Of a DNA stretch of 33,574 nt, positions 11,181 to 21,964 are shown piece by piece. The stretch spans positions 1 to 33,574 of the forward strand of contig NW_021833308.1 in the NCBI RefSeq assembly GCF_006345805.1. Reading direction: 5' to 3'. The notes below the pieces were generated by a model, which was not told the DNA's origin, did not search any database, and saw only the letters and a list, made by a program, of their open reading frames with translations. The position numbers and the translations under genes are program-made. Source of the stretch: Octopus sinensis. Its lineage: Eukaryota. Each line of letters starts with the position of its first letter. The first letter of the stretch is position 1.

Positions 11181-12709
11181 CTTAGGTGGAAGGTGGAGAA
11201 AAAGGGGCAGAGATAGAATGCCTATTATTAACCCTATTCTTAATTCACACAGCAGTTTAGAGACTCCGCCGTTCGTGCATAATAAACTTTATAATCATTC
11301 TAAACAATAAGGCGGCGAGCTGGCTGAAACATTAGCACGCCGAGCGAAATGCGCAGCCGTATTTCGTTTGCCGTTACGTTCTGAGTTCAAATTCCGCCGA
11401 GGTCGCCTTTGCCTTTCATCGTTTCTAGGTCGATAAATTAAGTACCAGTTACGCACTGGGGTCAATATAATCGATTTAATCCGTTTGTCCCCTCTGTGTT
11501 TAGTCCATTGAGGGTAGTAAAGAAATAGGTATTTTATCTGCCGCTACAGTCTGAGTTCAAATTCGCCGAGGTCGACTTTGCCTTTCATCGTTTCGGGGTC
11601 GATAAATTAAATACCAGTTACGCACTGGGTCGCTGTAATCGATTTAATCCGTTTGTCTGTCCTTGTTTGTCTTCTCTGTGTTTAGCCCCTTGTGGGTAGT
11701 AAAGAAATAGGTATTTTGTCTGTCGCTACGTTCTGAGCTCAAATTCCGCCGATGTCGACAGTGCCTTTTTGGGGTCGGTTAAATAAGTACCAGTTACGCA
11801 CTGGGGTCTATATAATCGATTAACTCCCTTCCCCACAAATTTTCAAGTCCTTGTGCCAAGAGAAGAAATAATAATTCTAGACAACGTGAAATAATCCTCA
11901 GAAGACATCCATCTGATAGATAATATTTAAGATTACGAGAAAACATATTTAATGCATTCCACATCAAAATGTTAACATAGGATAAAGAAGTGGGGAGAGA
12001 AATGTATGCAGTCACCCACTTTTTGAATGTTTAAACAATTCATACTCTTTCCTACAAGATATAAATATTATTTAAAATACGAGAACAATTATATTTAGAT
12101 GCAAAATTTAAGAAATATTCTTTTCTACTCAAGACACAAGGCCCCAGATTTGGTGGGAGGTGGCCAGTAGATAAGTGTAATACCAGTACGCGACCAGTAC
12201 GAAAGGATGAAAGGCAAAGTCGACCTCGGCGGAATTTGAACTCAGAAAATAAAGACAGACGAAACATCGCTAAGTGTTTCGCCCGGCGTGCTAACGTTTC
12301 TGCCAAGCTAGCTGCCTTTTCTTTTCTACGATAGGCACAAGGCGAGGGAACCAGTTGATTGGATCGACACCAGTATGCAACTGGTATTAATTCATCGACC
12401 CCAAAAGGATAAAGTGTAAAGTCAACCTCGGGGGAATTTGAACTCAGAATGTGAAGACGGAGGAAATGCGTTGCAGCATTTCGTTCGGCGTGCTAACGTT
12501 TCTGCCAGCTCACGCCTTAGATTAATTAAAATTATTTCTGCTCTAGGCACAAGGGGAGGGAGCGTGATGCTCGAGAAAAGATTTAAAACTCTTGTACATA
12601 TATACATACATACATATATACATATATACATACATACATACATACATATATACATACATACTTACATACATATATACATACATACTTACATACATATATA
12701 CATACATAC

Positions 12710-12740
<31 letters not shown>

Positions 12741-12838
12741 CATACATACATACATACATACATACTTACATACATACATACATACATACATATATACATA
12801 CATACATACATACATACATACATACATACATACATACT

Positions 12839-12873
<35 letters not shown>

Positions 12874-12878
<5 letters not shown>

Positions 12879-12990
12879 TAATCCAAACAAGAAAGCACAA
12901 AAAACACAACAACGAAAGGACGTGGAACAAATAGAGTATTATTGGACGCTCAGGAAAGAAGGAAAGATCCAGAGAAGGGAAGACAGAGGA
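12874..12990. repeat. Short dispersed repeat; reverse-complement relative at ~22231-22322; family unassigned
   Basis: TAAAGTTAATCCAAACAAGAAA..ACAACAACG..GGA(C/T)GTGGAACA..GTATTATTGG(A/G)CGCTCAGGAAAGAAGG is seen in both orientations, each copy next to microsatellites. Confidence 0.6.
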
Positions 12991-12999
12991 AAAAAAATC

Positions 13000-13047
<48 letters not shown>

Positions 13048-13395
13048 GTAAACTCTATTTCCAGCCCTTCTACATTTGTATTTCTCAAGATAAGATTCAA
13101 GACAAGAAAATTTTTTTTTACCTTATTTCAAATGGTTTCGATGCTGGAGAAGCTTGGGATTCGTGTTTCCTCACGAAGCGAAAGGATATAAATGTTTCTT
13201 AGTTAGTTAATAAGCAGGAGGTGACTACTCTTATTCAATTTCGTGCCACACCCTGACTAACACAAGATCTTTTATTCAAATTTGAATGCTCTTTACAATT
13301 TGTCATGTCAAAGTATAATTCAATTCATTTCGTATGACGTAACCTCTCCATAATTGTCTGAAAACCTATGTGCATATATATATATATATGGATAA

Positions 13396-13473
<78 letters not shown>

Positions 13474-13560
13474 ATATGTATGCAGATTATATAAAACCCA
13501 CTTAAATCTTGTCAACCCAGTTTTCTTGTTAAATTTTCATACACACACACACAAAACTGA

Positions 13561-14023
13561 CCCCCACTACCCCGCCCTGTCCCTAGCTACATTCAGATGG
13601 CTGATCCCCCTTATGTTATAGAGCAGTTACTGTTTATATCTCGCTCAGAGATTTATTATTGTTGTCGAACGGTTTTTCTACATCAGTGACTGTGGTTACT
13701 GTGAAAATCCATATATATCCAGCCTGTAGAGGAAGTCCCTCAACGAAGAACGGTGCTTACCATGCGTTGATAAGAGGCAAATACCTCGAAACCGGTCCGT
13801 ATGTAGTATTCGTATCTTCGGGGAGGCTGATCTCCCTTTGCAGGCTGGCAAGGACACCGAGATGGTGTCAGCCCTTCTGGTGACGTTGATGATCGCATGG
13901 GGCTAAATGCATCAGTAACACCCCCACTACCCCGACCTGTCCCTAGCCACATTCAGATGGCTGATCCCCCTTATGTTATAGAGCAGTTACTGTTTATATC
14001 TCGCTCAGAGATTTATTATTGTT
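13561..14023 (+). mobile_element. Retrozyme-like / Penelope pseudo-LTR-like element: 360-bp unit with 103-bp terminal direct repeat and one hammerhead
   Basis: 13561-13663 and 13921-14023 are direct repeats with 2 mismatches at an exact offset of 360. The hammerhead and long helices lie between them. Confidence 0.65.
13761..13803 (+). ncRNA. Minimal type I hammerhead ribozyme, U3-A8 core variant; predicted cleavage after 13797
   Basis: CATGCG (stem I) TTGATAA (core) GAGG-CAAATA-CCTC (stem II) GAAA C-CG-G (stem III, palindromic ACCGGT) TC / CGTATG (stem I'). Confidence 0.75.
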
Positions 14024-14039
14024 ATATATATATCTATAT

Positions 14040-14584
14040 ATATATTATATTAAATTAGAGATAAAACCACTATTAGGCAAATCAAACAGTGAAAAACATA
14101 AGCCAATACATAAAATTAATTTAAAAATATAAAAGTTAAACTTTAAAAAATTATTTACATAATTTATACTTATAAATTTTAAATATATATATACAAATAT
14201 ATATATATATATAAATGTGTGTATGTATGTATCTTTTATATTTATATATTATTTTATTTATTCATTTATTTATTAATTAATTAATTAATTATTTATTTAT
14301 ATAATAATTAAAAAAAATTGATAAATAAATAATTAAATATATTAATTAATAAACAAATTAATAAATAAAATAAAATATAAATATAAAAGATACATACACA
14401 CATATATATATATATATATATATTTGTATATATATATATATTTAAAATTTATAAGTTTAAATTATTTAAAAAATTTTTTAAACTTTAACTTTTATATTTT
14501 TAAATTAATTTTATGTATTGGCTTATGTTTTTCACTGTTTGATTTGCCTAATAGTGGTTTTATCTCTAATTTAATATAATATAT
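14040..14584. repeat. AT-rich long inverted repeat (~260-bp arms, ~20-nt centre near 14311)
   Basis: The left arm ATATTATATTAAATTAGAGATAAAACCACTATTAGGCAAATCAAACAGTGAAAAACATAAGCC.. is the reverse complement of the right arm. Confidence 0.9.
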
Positions 14585-14667
14585 TTATACTATAAAATTG
14601 GATTTAATCCTAAATCTAATTTTTCCCTGCAATTTTGGATTTATTCCCTAATATATATATATATATA

Positions 14668-14829
14668 GACGCAGGAGTGGCTGTGTGGTAAGTAGCTTGC
14701 TTACCAACCACACGGTTCCGGGTTCAGTCCGACTGCGTGGCATCTTGGGCAAGTGTCTTCTGCTATAGCTTCGGGCCGACCAATGCCTTATGAGCGGATT
14801 TGGTAGACGGAAACTGAAAGAAGCCTGTC

Positions 14830-14877
<48 letters not shown>

Positions 14878-15101
14878 GTGTGTGCTTGTGTGTCTGTGTT
14901 TGTCCCCCTAGCATTGCTTGACAACCGATGCTGGTGCGTTTACGTCTCCGTCACTTAGCGGTTCGGCAAAAAGAGACCGATACAGTCTAACAAAGAATAA
15001 GTCCCAGGGTCGATTGGCTCGACTAAAGGCGGTGCTCCAGCATGGCCGCAGTCAAATGACTGAAACAAGTAAAAGAGAAAAAGAGAAAAGAGAAAAAAGA
15101 G
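14668..15101 (+). mobile_element. SINE family A, full length, present only in C copy 1
   Basis: Inserted in (TA)n; absent at the equivalent site ~25670-25690. Confidence 0.85.
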
Positions 15102-15887
15102 ACATATATATATATATATATATATATAAGACGGGCTTCTTTCAGTTTCCGTTCACCAAATTCACTCACAAGATTTTGATGGCCCAAGGCTACAGTAAAC
15201 ACACTTGCCTAAATAGCCTCACACGCTCTTTCTCTCCTTCTCTCTCACTCTCTCTCTCTCTCTCTCTCTCCTGGTGTGTTTATGTCCGCGTAACTTAGCT
15301 GTTCGGCAAAACAGACCGATAGGATAAGTACACGGCTTACAACGGATATGTACCCGGATTGATTTGTTCGACTGGAGGCGGTGCTGCCGCATGGGTCCGG
15401 TTAAATGCCTCAAAAAATAGGGGAGCGAATAAAAGAATATAGAGAAAGTTGGATGTGGGTGTATATAGAGTTGTTTACTGGGATAGAAGTATAATTTTTT
15501 TTTTATAAAAGCGACTTCAGTTGTTAATGTTAAAAGTCAAGTGTAACAACACTCTTCGCTTATTGTGGCATAAGTCACACAAACACCTTTTCTTCGATTC
15601 GCACACACACAGGCACACCTGTTTCATACTAACAATTACTACTAGAGACACACTCAATGACTTGTTAGTAATATTTATAACTATTCCTTGGTAATTTACA
15701 TTCTGGGTTCGAATCCCGTCACCTTTTATCATTTGAGGGTCGATACAATTCTCTCAAGATTAACTTTGGCGTCGATATAATTAATTAGCAAAAGTTAAAA
15801 CCTTATAATTGTAGTAAGCAGAATTATTTGTAGCTCGAGGTGCACCTTGTAGATGATTATTCTATTTATATAAGGACGTAGGGTGTA

Positions 15888-16140
15888 GGCGCGTGGCTTA
15901 GTGGTTAGGGTGTCAGCATCATGATCGCATGATTATGGTTTCGATTCCTGGACGGGGCGACGCGTTGGGTTCTTGAGCAAAACACTTCATTTCACGTTGC
16001 TCCAGTCCACTCAGCTGGCAAAAATGAGTAACGTTGCGATGGACTGGCGACCCCTCCAGCTGGGGAACACATGCGCCATTGAAACCGGGAAACCGGGCCC
16101 ATGAGCCTGTCTAGGCTTTAAAAGGGCAAATTTATTTTGT
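15888..16140 (+). mobile_element. SINE family B (tRNA head + CORE-like + V-like domain); copy at ~26399-26650
   Basis: A-box TGGCTTAGTGG, B-box GGTTTCGATTCC, CORE-like TTCTTGAGCAAAACACTT..GCTCCAGTCCACTCAGCTG, V-like GCGATGGACTGGCGACCCCTCCAG. Domain names are from recall. Confidence 0.7.
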
Positions 16141-16435
16141 GGAGGCGCAATGGCTCTGTGCTTAGGGGAGCGGATCGCGGTCGGAGGATGGCGGTTTCGA
16201 TTACCAGACCGTGTGTTGTGTGTGTTTATTGAGCGAAAACACCTAATGCTCCACGAGGCTCAGGCAGGGTGTGGTGGCGAACCCCTGTTCTACTCTTTCG
16301 CCCCAACTTTCTTCCTGTTTCTTTGGTAACGCTGTGATGGACTGGCGTCCCGTCCAGCTGGGGAACACATATGCCACATAAACCGGGAAACCGGGCCCAT
16401 GAGCGCTGACTAGGCTGGAAAAGGGCGCATAAAAA
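16141..16435 (+). mobile_element. Chimeric SINE: family C head/body joined to family B V-like tail; copy at ~26651-26957
   Basis: The 5' ~190 nt match the reverse complement of ~2700-2850. The 3' part GATGGACTGGCGTCCCGTCCAGCTGGGGAACAC..AAACCGGGCCCATGAGC matches 16035-16110. Confidence 0.7.
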
Positions 16436-16904
16436 GATACGGACAGAGAATGGCACAGAGAACGAGTGTGAGTGAAAGAGAGGGAGAGTGTGAGTGTGGG
16501 CAAAACAATCTCATAAACCCCACTCCCAAGGAAGAGAAACTATGAGTTACTTCTACACGTCCTCTTGGAGATTATGGGAAGTTAATTTCATATGTGCCCC
16601 ATCCAACTCCCGCATCTGGAGCCCACTTCTCTCTTAACTTCCATACCATTGTATCTATTCTTGGCCTTTACTTTGCACGGGTTGTACCCTATAGTATTTC
16701 TGTTTTACTTCCATCAAATCAGTTATGGTCATTTCCACCATGGTAACAAGCTCCTATCTTCTTCCTTACTAATTCTTCAGATCCTTTCAACCAAAACAGC
16801 TTCGTCATCAACATTTATTCTTGTTAGATAGTAACATTATCTTTAATAATATTTATATGTCTTGTATATATATAGATATATGTGTGTGCGTGTATATATA
16901 TAAT

Positions 16905-17625
16905 ACTATGGCACTCCGTCGGTTAAGACGAAGAGGTTTCCAGTTGATCCAGTCAACGGAAGACTACTCGTGAAATTCTTTTCTACTCTAGGCAAAAGGT
17001 CCGAAACTTTAGGGGAGGGGGCCATCGATTAGATCTACACCAGGACGGAACTTGTACTTGATTTATCCACCCCGAAAGGAGGAAAGGCAAAGTCGACCTC
17101 GGCGGAATTTGAACTCAGAAAGTAAAGACAGACGAAATACCTATTTCTTTACAACCGAAAGGGGGCTAAACAGAGAGGGGACAAACAAGTACTGACAAAC
17201 GGATTAAGTCGATTATATCGACCCCAGTGCGTAACTGTTCCTTATTTAATCGACCCCGAAACGATGAAAGGCAAAGTCAACCTCGGAGGAATTTGAACTC
17301 AGAACATAGCGGCAGACGAAATACTGCTAAGCATTTCGTCCGGCGTGCTAACGTTTCTGCCAGTTCGCCGCCTTAGACTCTTCGTGAAATTAATATGCAA
17401 GTAGCTGAGTACTCCACAGACACATGTACCCTTAACGTAGTTCTCGGTGAGATTCAGCGTGACACATAGTGTGACACGGCAGCCCCCTTTAAAATAAAGG
17501 TACAACAGAAATAGGAAGACAGCGTGAGAGAAAGTCGTGGTGAAATAATACAGCAGGGTTCACCACCAGCCCATGCTGGAGCCTCGAAGAGCTTTAGGTG
17601 TTTTAGTTTAATGAACACTTGCGAC
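16905..17625 (-). mobile_element. SINE family C interrupted by a family M dimer (16978-17374)
   Basis: Host sequence resumes after the insert. 17-bp target duplication AGACTACTCGTGAAATT (16961-16977) / AGACTCTTCGTGAAATT (17375-17391). Confidence 0.8.
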
Positions 17626-17814
17626 GAGTTGGACTCGAATTCACATTTTTTGGCAAGAATGACTCACCCTGCGATGGACTGTTGTCCCGTCCATATGCGG
17701 AATATATATGCCAAGGTAGACTGTTCCCATGCGTCTAGCTGCCAACAGAAGTAACTTTATTTACTATTTATATATGTATATATATGTGTATGTATATGTG
17801 CGTATATATGTATG

Positions 17815-18118
17815 TATTTGCTTGCTTTTTAAGTCTAGTAGTTATTCTATCGGTACCTTTCGCCGAACCGCAAGGTTACGGGGACGTAAACACAACAGCA
17901 TTGGTTGTGAAGCGATGGTGCGGTGTCAAACACTAACACAAACATATATATATATATATACATCCGATGGGCTTCTTTCAGTTTCCGTCTGCCAAATCTA
18001 CTCACAAGGATTGGGTCAGCCCGTGGCTATAGGATAAGACACTCACCAAAGGTGCCTCGCAGTGAGATTGAACTCAGAACAATGTGGTAGGTAAGCAATC
18101 TTCTCACCACACAGTCAT
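17815..18118 (-). mobile_element. Older, diverged SINE family A copy; paralog ~28925-29185
   Basis: Reverse complement of the head, CORE and 3' module, with many substitutions. Confidence 0.65.
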
Positions 18119-18129
18119 GTGTCACTTTT

Positions 18130-19015
<886 letters not shown>

Positions 19016-19753
19016 TAAAATCATCATAGCATATTTCTAAGGTGTTGTTTTGCTGCTATTTCTAGCATTTAAATTGTCTTCCACAACGTCCTTCTTTAGT
19101 GGGAGAGAGTCAGACAGAGAGTGAGGAAGAGTCAAAAAGAGAGTGAGAATGAACATTGAACAGCTTTATAGAGAGGGGGATTAGATAAACTAGATTGTCT
19201 ACCTGTTTTATTCTCTCCCTCACTCTAAGTCTAATTATATATGTATCTATTTCTCCCTCTGCCTTTCATTCAATCTATTTCACCCTCTCTTGATCTCTTA
19301 TTCTATTTCTCTTCCACTCTTTCTCTCTCTATCATTCTCACCCACGCATTTCTTGTCGCTTTCCATAAAATTTTAAACATGGAGAGCAGACAAAAATTTA
19401 GATTTCAATACATATGGCTTCTATTCGTCTGAATTGTTCAAACACGCCCCAGCTGGAACATGTTATATACATATACCACATATAATTATACACAAATCAT
19501 GTATATATATACACGAAATTATTAAAATTATGAAAAATAGTATCTAAGAGATACCATCATACTAGACATAGCAGCCAAAACTTGAGTCTAAAACCACCTT
19601 AAATGTTCACACCAGGAGAGTTTTGGCCCACTGTATGACACCTTGGGCAAGTACCTTCTTCTATGTGTGTGTGTGTGTGTGTATGTTTCCATTTGCCTTT
19701 ACTGAAAATTGCTCAGCAATGAACGATTAGATTATCATTTTCCCTGTTAATAG

Positions 19754-19789
19754 ACAAACCATTGGAATAAGTGATCCCTTGAACAACAG
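19754..19789 (+). other. Paralog of the candidate microexon (QTIGISDPLNN)
   Basis: AG| and |GTAAGG are retained; a single ATG>TTG change within the 36 nt. Confidence 0.25.
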
Positions 19790-19943
19790 GTAAGGGTTAA
19801 TAACATGAAGGGGATCCAGATGCAGAAAGAACGGATCAATAATACACACACACACACACACACATACACACACAAACGTATACACACACACACACATTCA
19901 GTTTTAATTTATAGACACACATTAATTTACAGGGTACAACCTA

Positions 19944-20133
19944 AGACGAGTGGTCCCCGTGCGCGCAATCGTGTACAAGCGCATCCGAGGAAGCTAGTCG
20001 TGACTAGTCGATCCTTACTTTGTGTTTTTGTGTTTCATTTACTTTGCTAGGTAGTCGTTGTAGGATCGACTAGTCACGACTATCTAGCGCGCGTGCGCGA
20101 GTAAACGAGTGCGCGCACCAGGACCACTCTTCT
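19944..20133. mobile_element. MITE-like element, ~75-bp imperfect TIRs, TA flanks; copy at 30850-31030
   Basis: TA|AGACGAGTGGTCC...GGACCACTCTTCT|TA, with an inner perfect pair TAGTCGTGACTAGTCGATCCT / AGGATCGACTAGTCACGACTA. Confidence 0.7.
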
Positions 20134-20453
20134 TAATTAAATGGTATCTAGTTTCCACAGCGGAGAAATCCACCCTTGTTAAAACATCTACACAAAACCC
20201 CACCATTTCAGGCTGACTTAACAGAGACCCTACTCTGTGTTACCTCCATCTCTGTCCCCCACAAAGCGGCCACGCCCTTGTAAGTTTCGTAACGAAAAAC
20301 AAAAGCATTAATTTCCTGATCTCATAATTGGATCACGCAATTTTACGATAATTAATCGTATCATTAATTTATAGACACACAGACAGAGTTAAGATGAAAG
20401 TATGTTCATTCAAGCGTTAAATGGTCCAATGAAATAAATAAAAATGAATTTAC

Positions 20454-20520
20454 CTTTTAGTTTTAAACGGTTGCAACGGATCCGGGGTCCCAATTAATTT
20501 CAAATTTTCTGTTGCCGGAT
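20454..20520 (-). CDS. Weak candidate exon (67 nt, phase 1 to 2): xPATENLKLIGTPDPLQPFKTK(R)
   Basis: cttacttgccatcgaactTAG| and AAAG|GTAAAT. The frame is open, and the phase-2 end is compatible with exon 8250/11180. Confidence 0.3.
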
Positions 20521-20565
20521 CTAAGTTCGATGGCAAGTAAGCGGAGATAACTCTCGAAATATAAG

Positions 20566-20855
20566 CGGGGTTGGGGGGTATGTGTTAAGTAGCCTGCGTA
20601 CCAAGCACATGGTTCCGTGTTCAGTCCCACTGCGTCGCACCTTGGGCGAGTGACTTCTACTATAGCCTCGGCCGACCAAAGCTTGTGAGTGGATCTGGTT
20701 GACGGAAACTGAAGAAAGCCCCGTCGTAAATATGTACATGTTTGGCCCGAGACTATAGTAGAAAACACTTGCCCAAGCTGCCACACAGTGGGACTGATCT
20801 CGGAACCAGGTGGTTGGTAATCAAGCTACTTACCACTCAGCCACTCCTATGCCTA
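20566..20855. mobile_element. Tail-to-tail inverted pair of SINE A left monomers (+ 20566-20728; - 20743-20855)
   Basis: Head/CORE motifs are present in opposite orientations ~15 nt apart. Confidence 0.75.
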
Positions 20856-21917
20856 CAGTCTCAAAGACTGACAATTATTTTAGTATTCTCTATCTTATAT
20901 TTTGTTTACACGCCCCCATACATATATATATATATATATATATACGTAAACTCTATTTCCAGTCCTTCTACATTTGTATTTCTCAAGATTCAAGACAAGA
21001 AAATTTTTTTTACCTTATTTCAAATGGTTTCGAGACGCGTGGTTCCAAGTGTCCTTATGAAGCGAGCTGTAATGAATATGTGTCTGTTACTTATTTAATA
21101 ATCAGGAGGTGACTACTCTGATTCAATTTCGTGCCACACCCTGACTAACACGAAATCTTTTATTCAAATTTGAATGCTCTTTACAATTTGTCATGTCAAA
21201 GTATTATTCAATTCATTTCGTATGACGTAACCTCTCCATAATTGTTTGAAAACCTATGTGCATATATATATATGGATAAGAATATATATATATGCGTATG
21301 TGTGTGTGTACATATGTATGTAGATTATATAAAACCCACTTAAATCTTGTCAAACCAGTTTTCTTGTAAACTTTTCATACACACACACAAAACACAGCCA
21401 CACCCACACTGATTTTGTGCTCATGATTTCGAATTCCAGCTTTGAGGTCCTGAAACAAATACCTAATTTCAAATTGTTCCAGTCAACAGAGCTGAAAATA
21501 AATAACCCTGTGTTCGACTGGTTCCCTGTTTAGGGAGAATGTCATTGTCTTGGTCACTTATAAACCTTAGTCCTGAAAACAGCGTCAAGAATTGCAGTGT
21601 GACCAGCAAGAAATAATGACGTCCGATTATCCGGACGGTTGAGTGACTATATAAATATATTATGCATGTATGTATGCATGTATGTGTGTATGTATGTATG
21701 TATGTATGTATGTATGAATGCATGTATGCATACATGGTTATCTATGTATTATGTGTATATGCATGTATGTATGTGTTATATATGTATGTATGTACGTATG
21801 TATATATGTATGTGTGTGTATATGTATGTATTATGTGTATAAGTATGTATATGTAAGTGTTACGTATGTATGCAAGCATGTATATATATATATATATATA
21901 TTATTATATATATATGC

Positions 21918-21964
<47 letters not shown>

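Larger units (their letters stand above)
6990..12872. repeat. Tandem duplication B: ~6990-9930 and ~9931-12872, period ~2930
   Basis: Identical ORF pairs 8045/10975, 8865/11794 and 9123/12052. Differences are mostly 1-nt homopolymer indels plus one 8-nt microsatellite indel. Confidence 0.9.

Noticed and set aside
14040-14584. Palindrome as a read fold-back chimera
   Set aside because: Flanks are not reverse complements of each other and a diverged paralogous palindrome exists at ~24995-25610.
15888-15960. tRNA gene (also the heads at 1155, 8381, 16141)
   Set aside because: A/B boxes are present but continue into SINE bodies, and no complete cloverleaf could be built.
16510-16850. Possible coding or retroelement relic (paralog 27030-27360)
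   Set aside because: Stops in the minus-strand frames examined and no recognisable motif on either strand.
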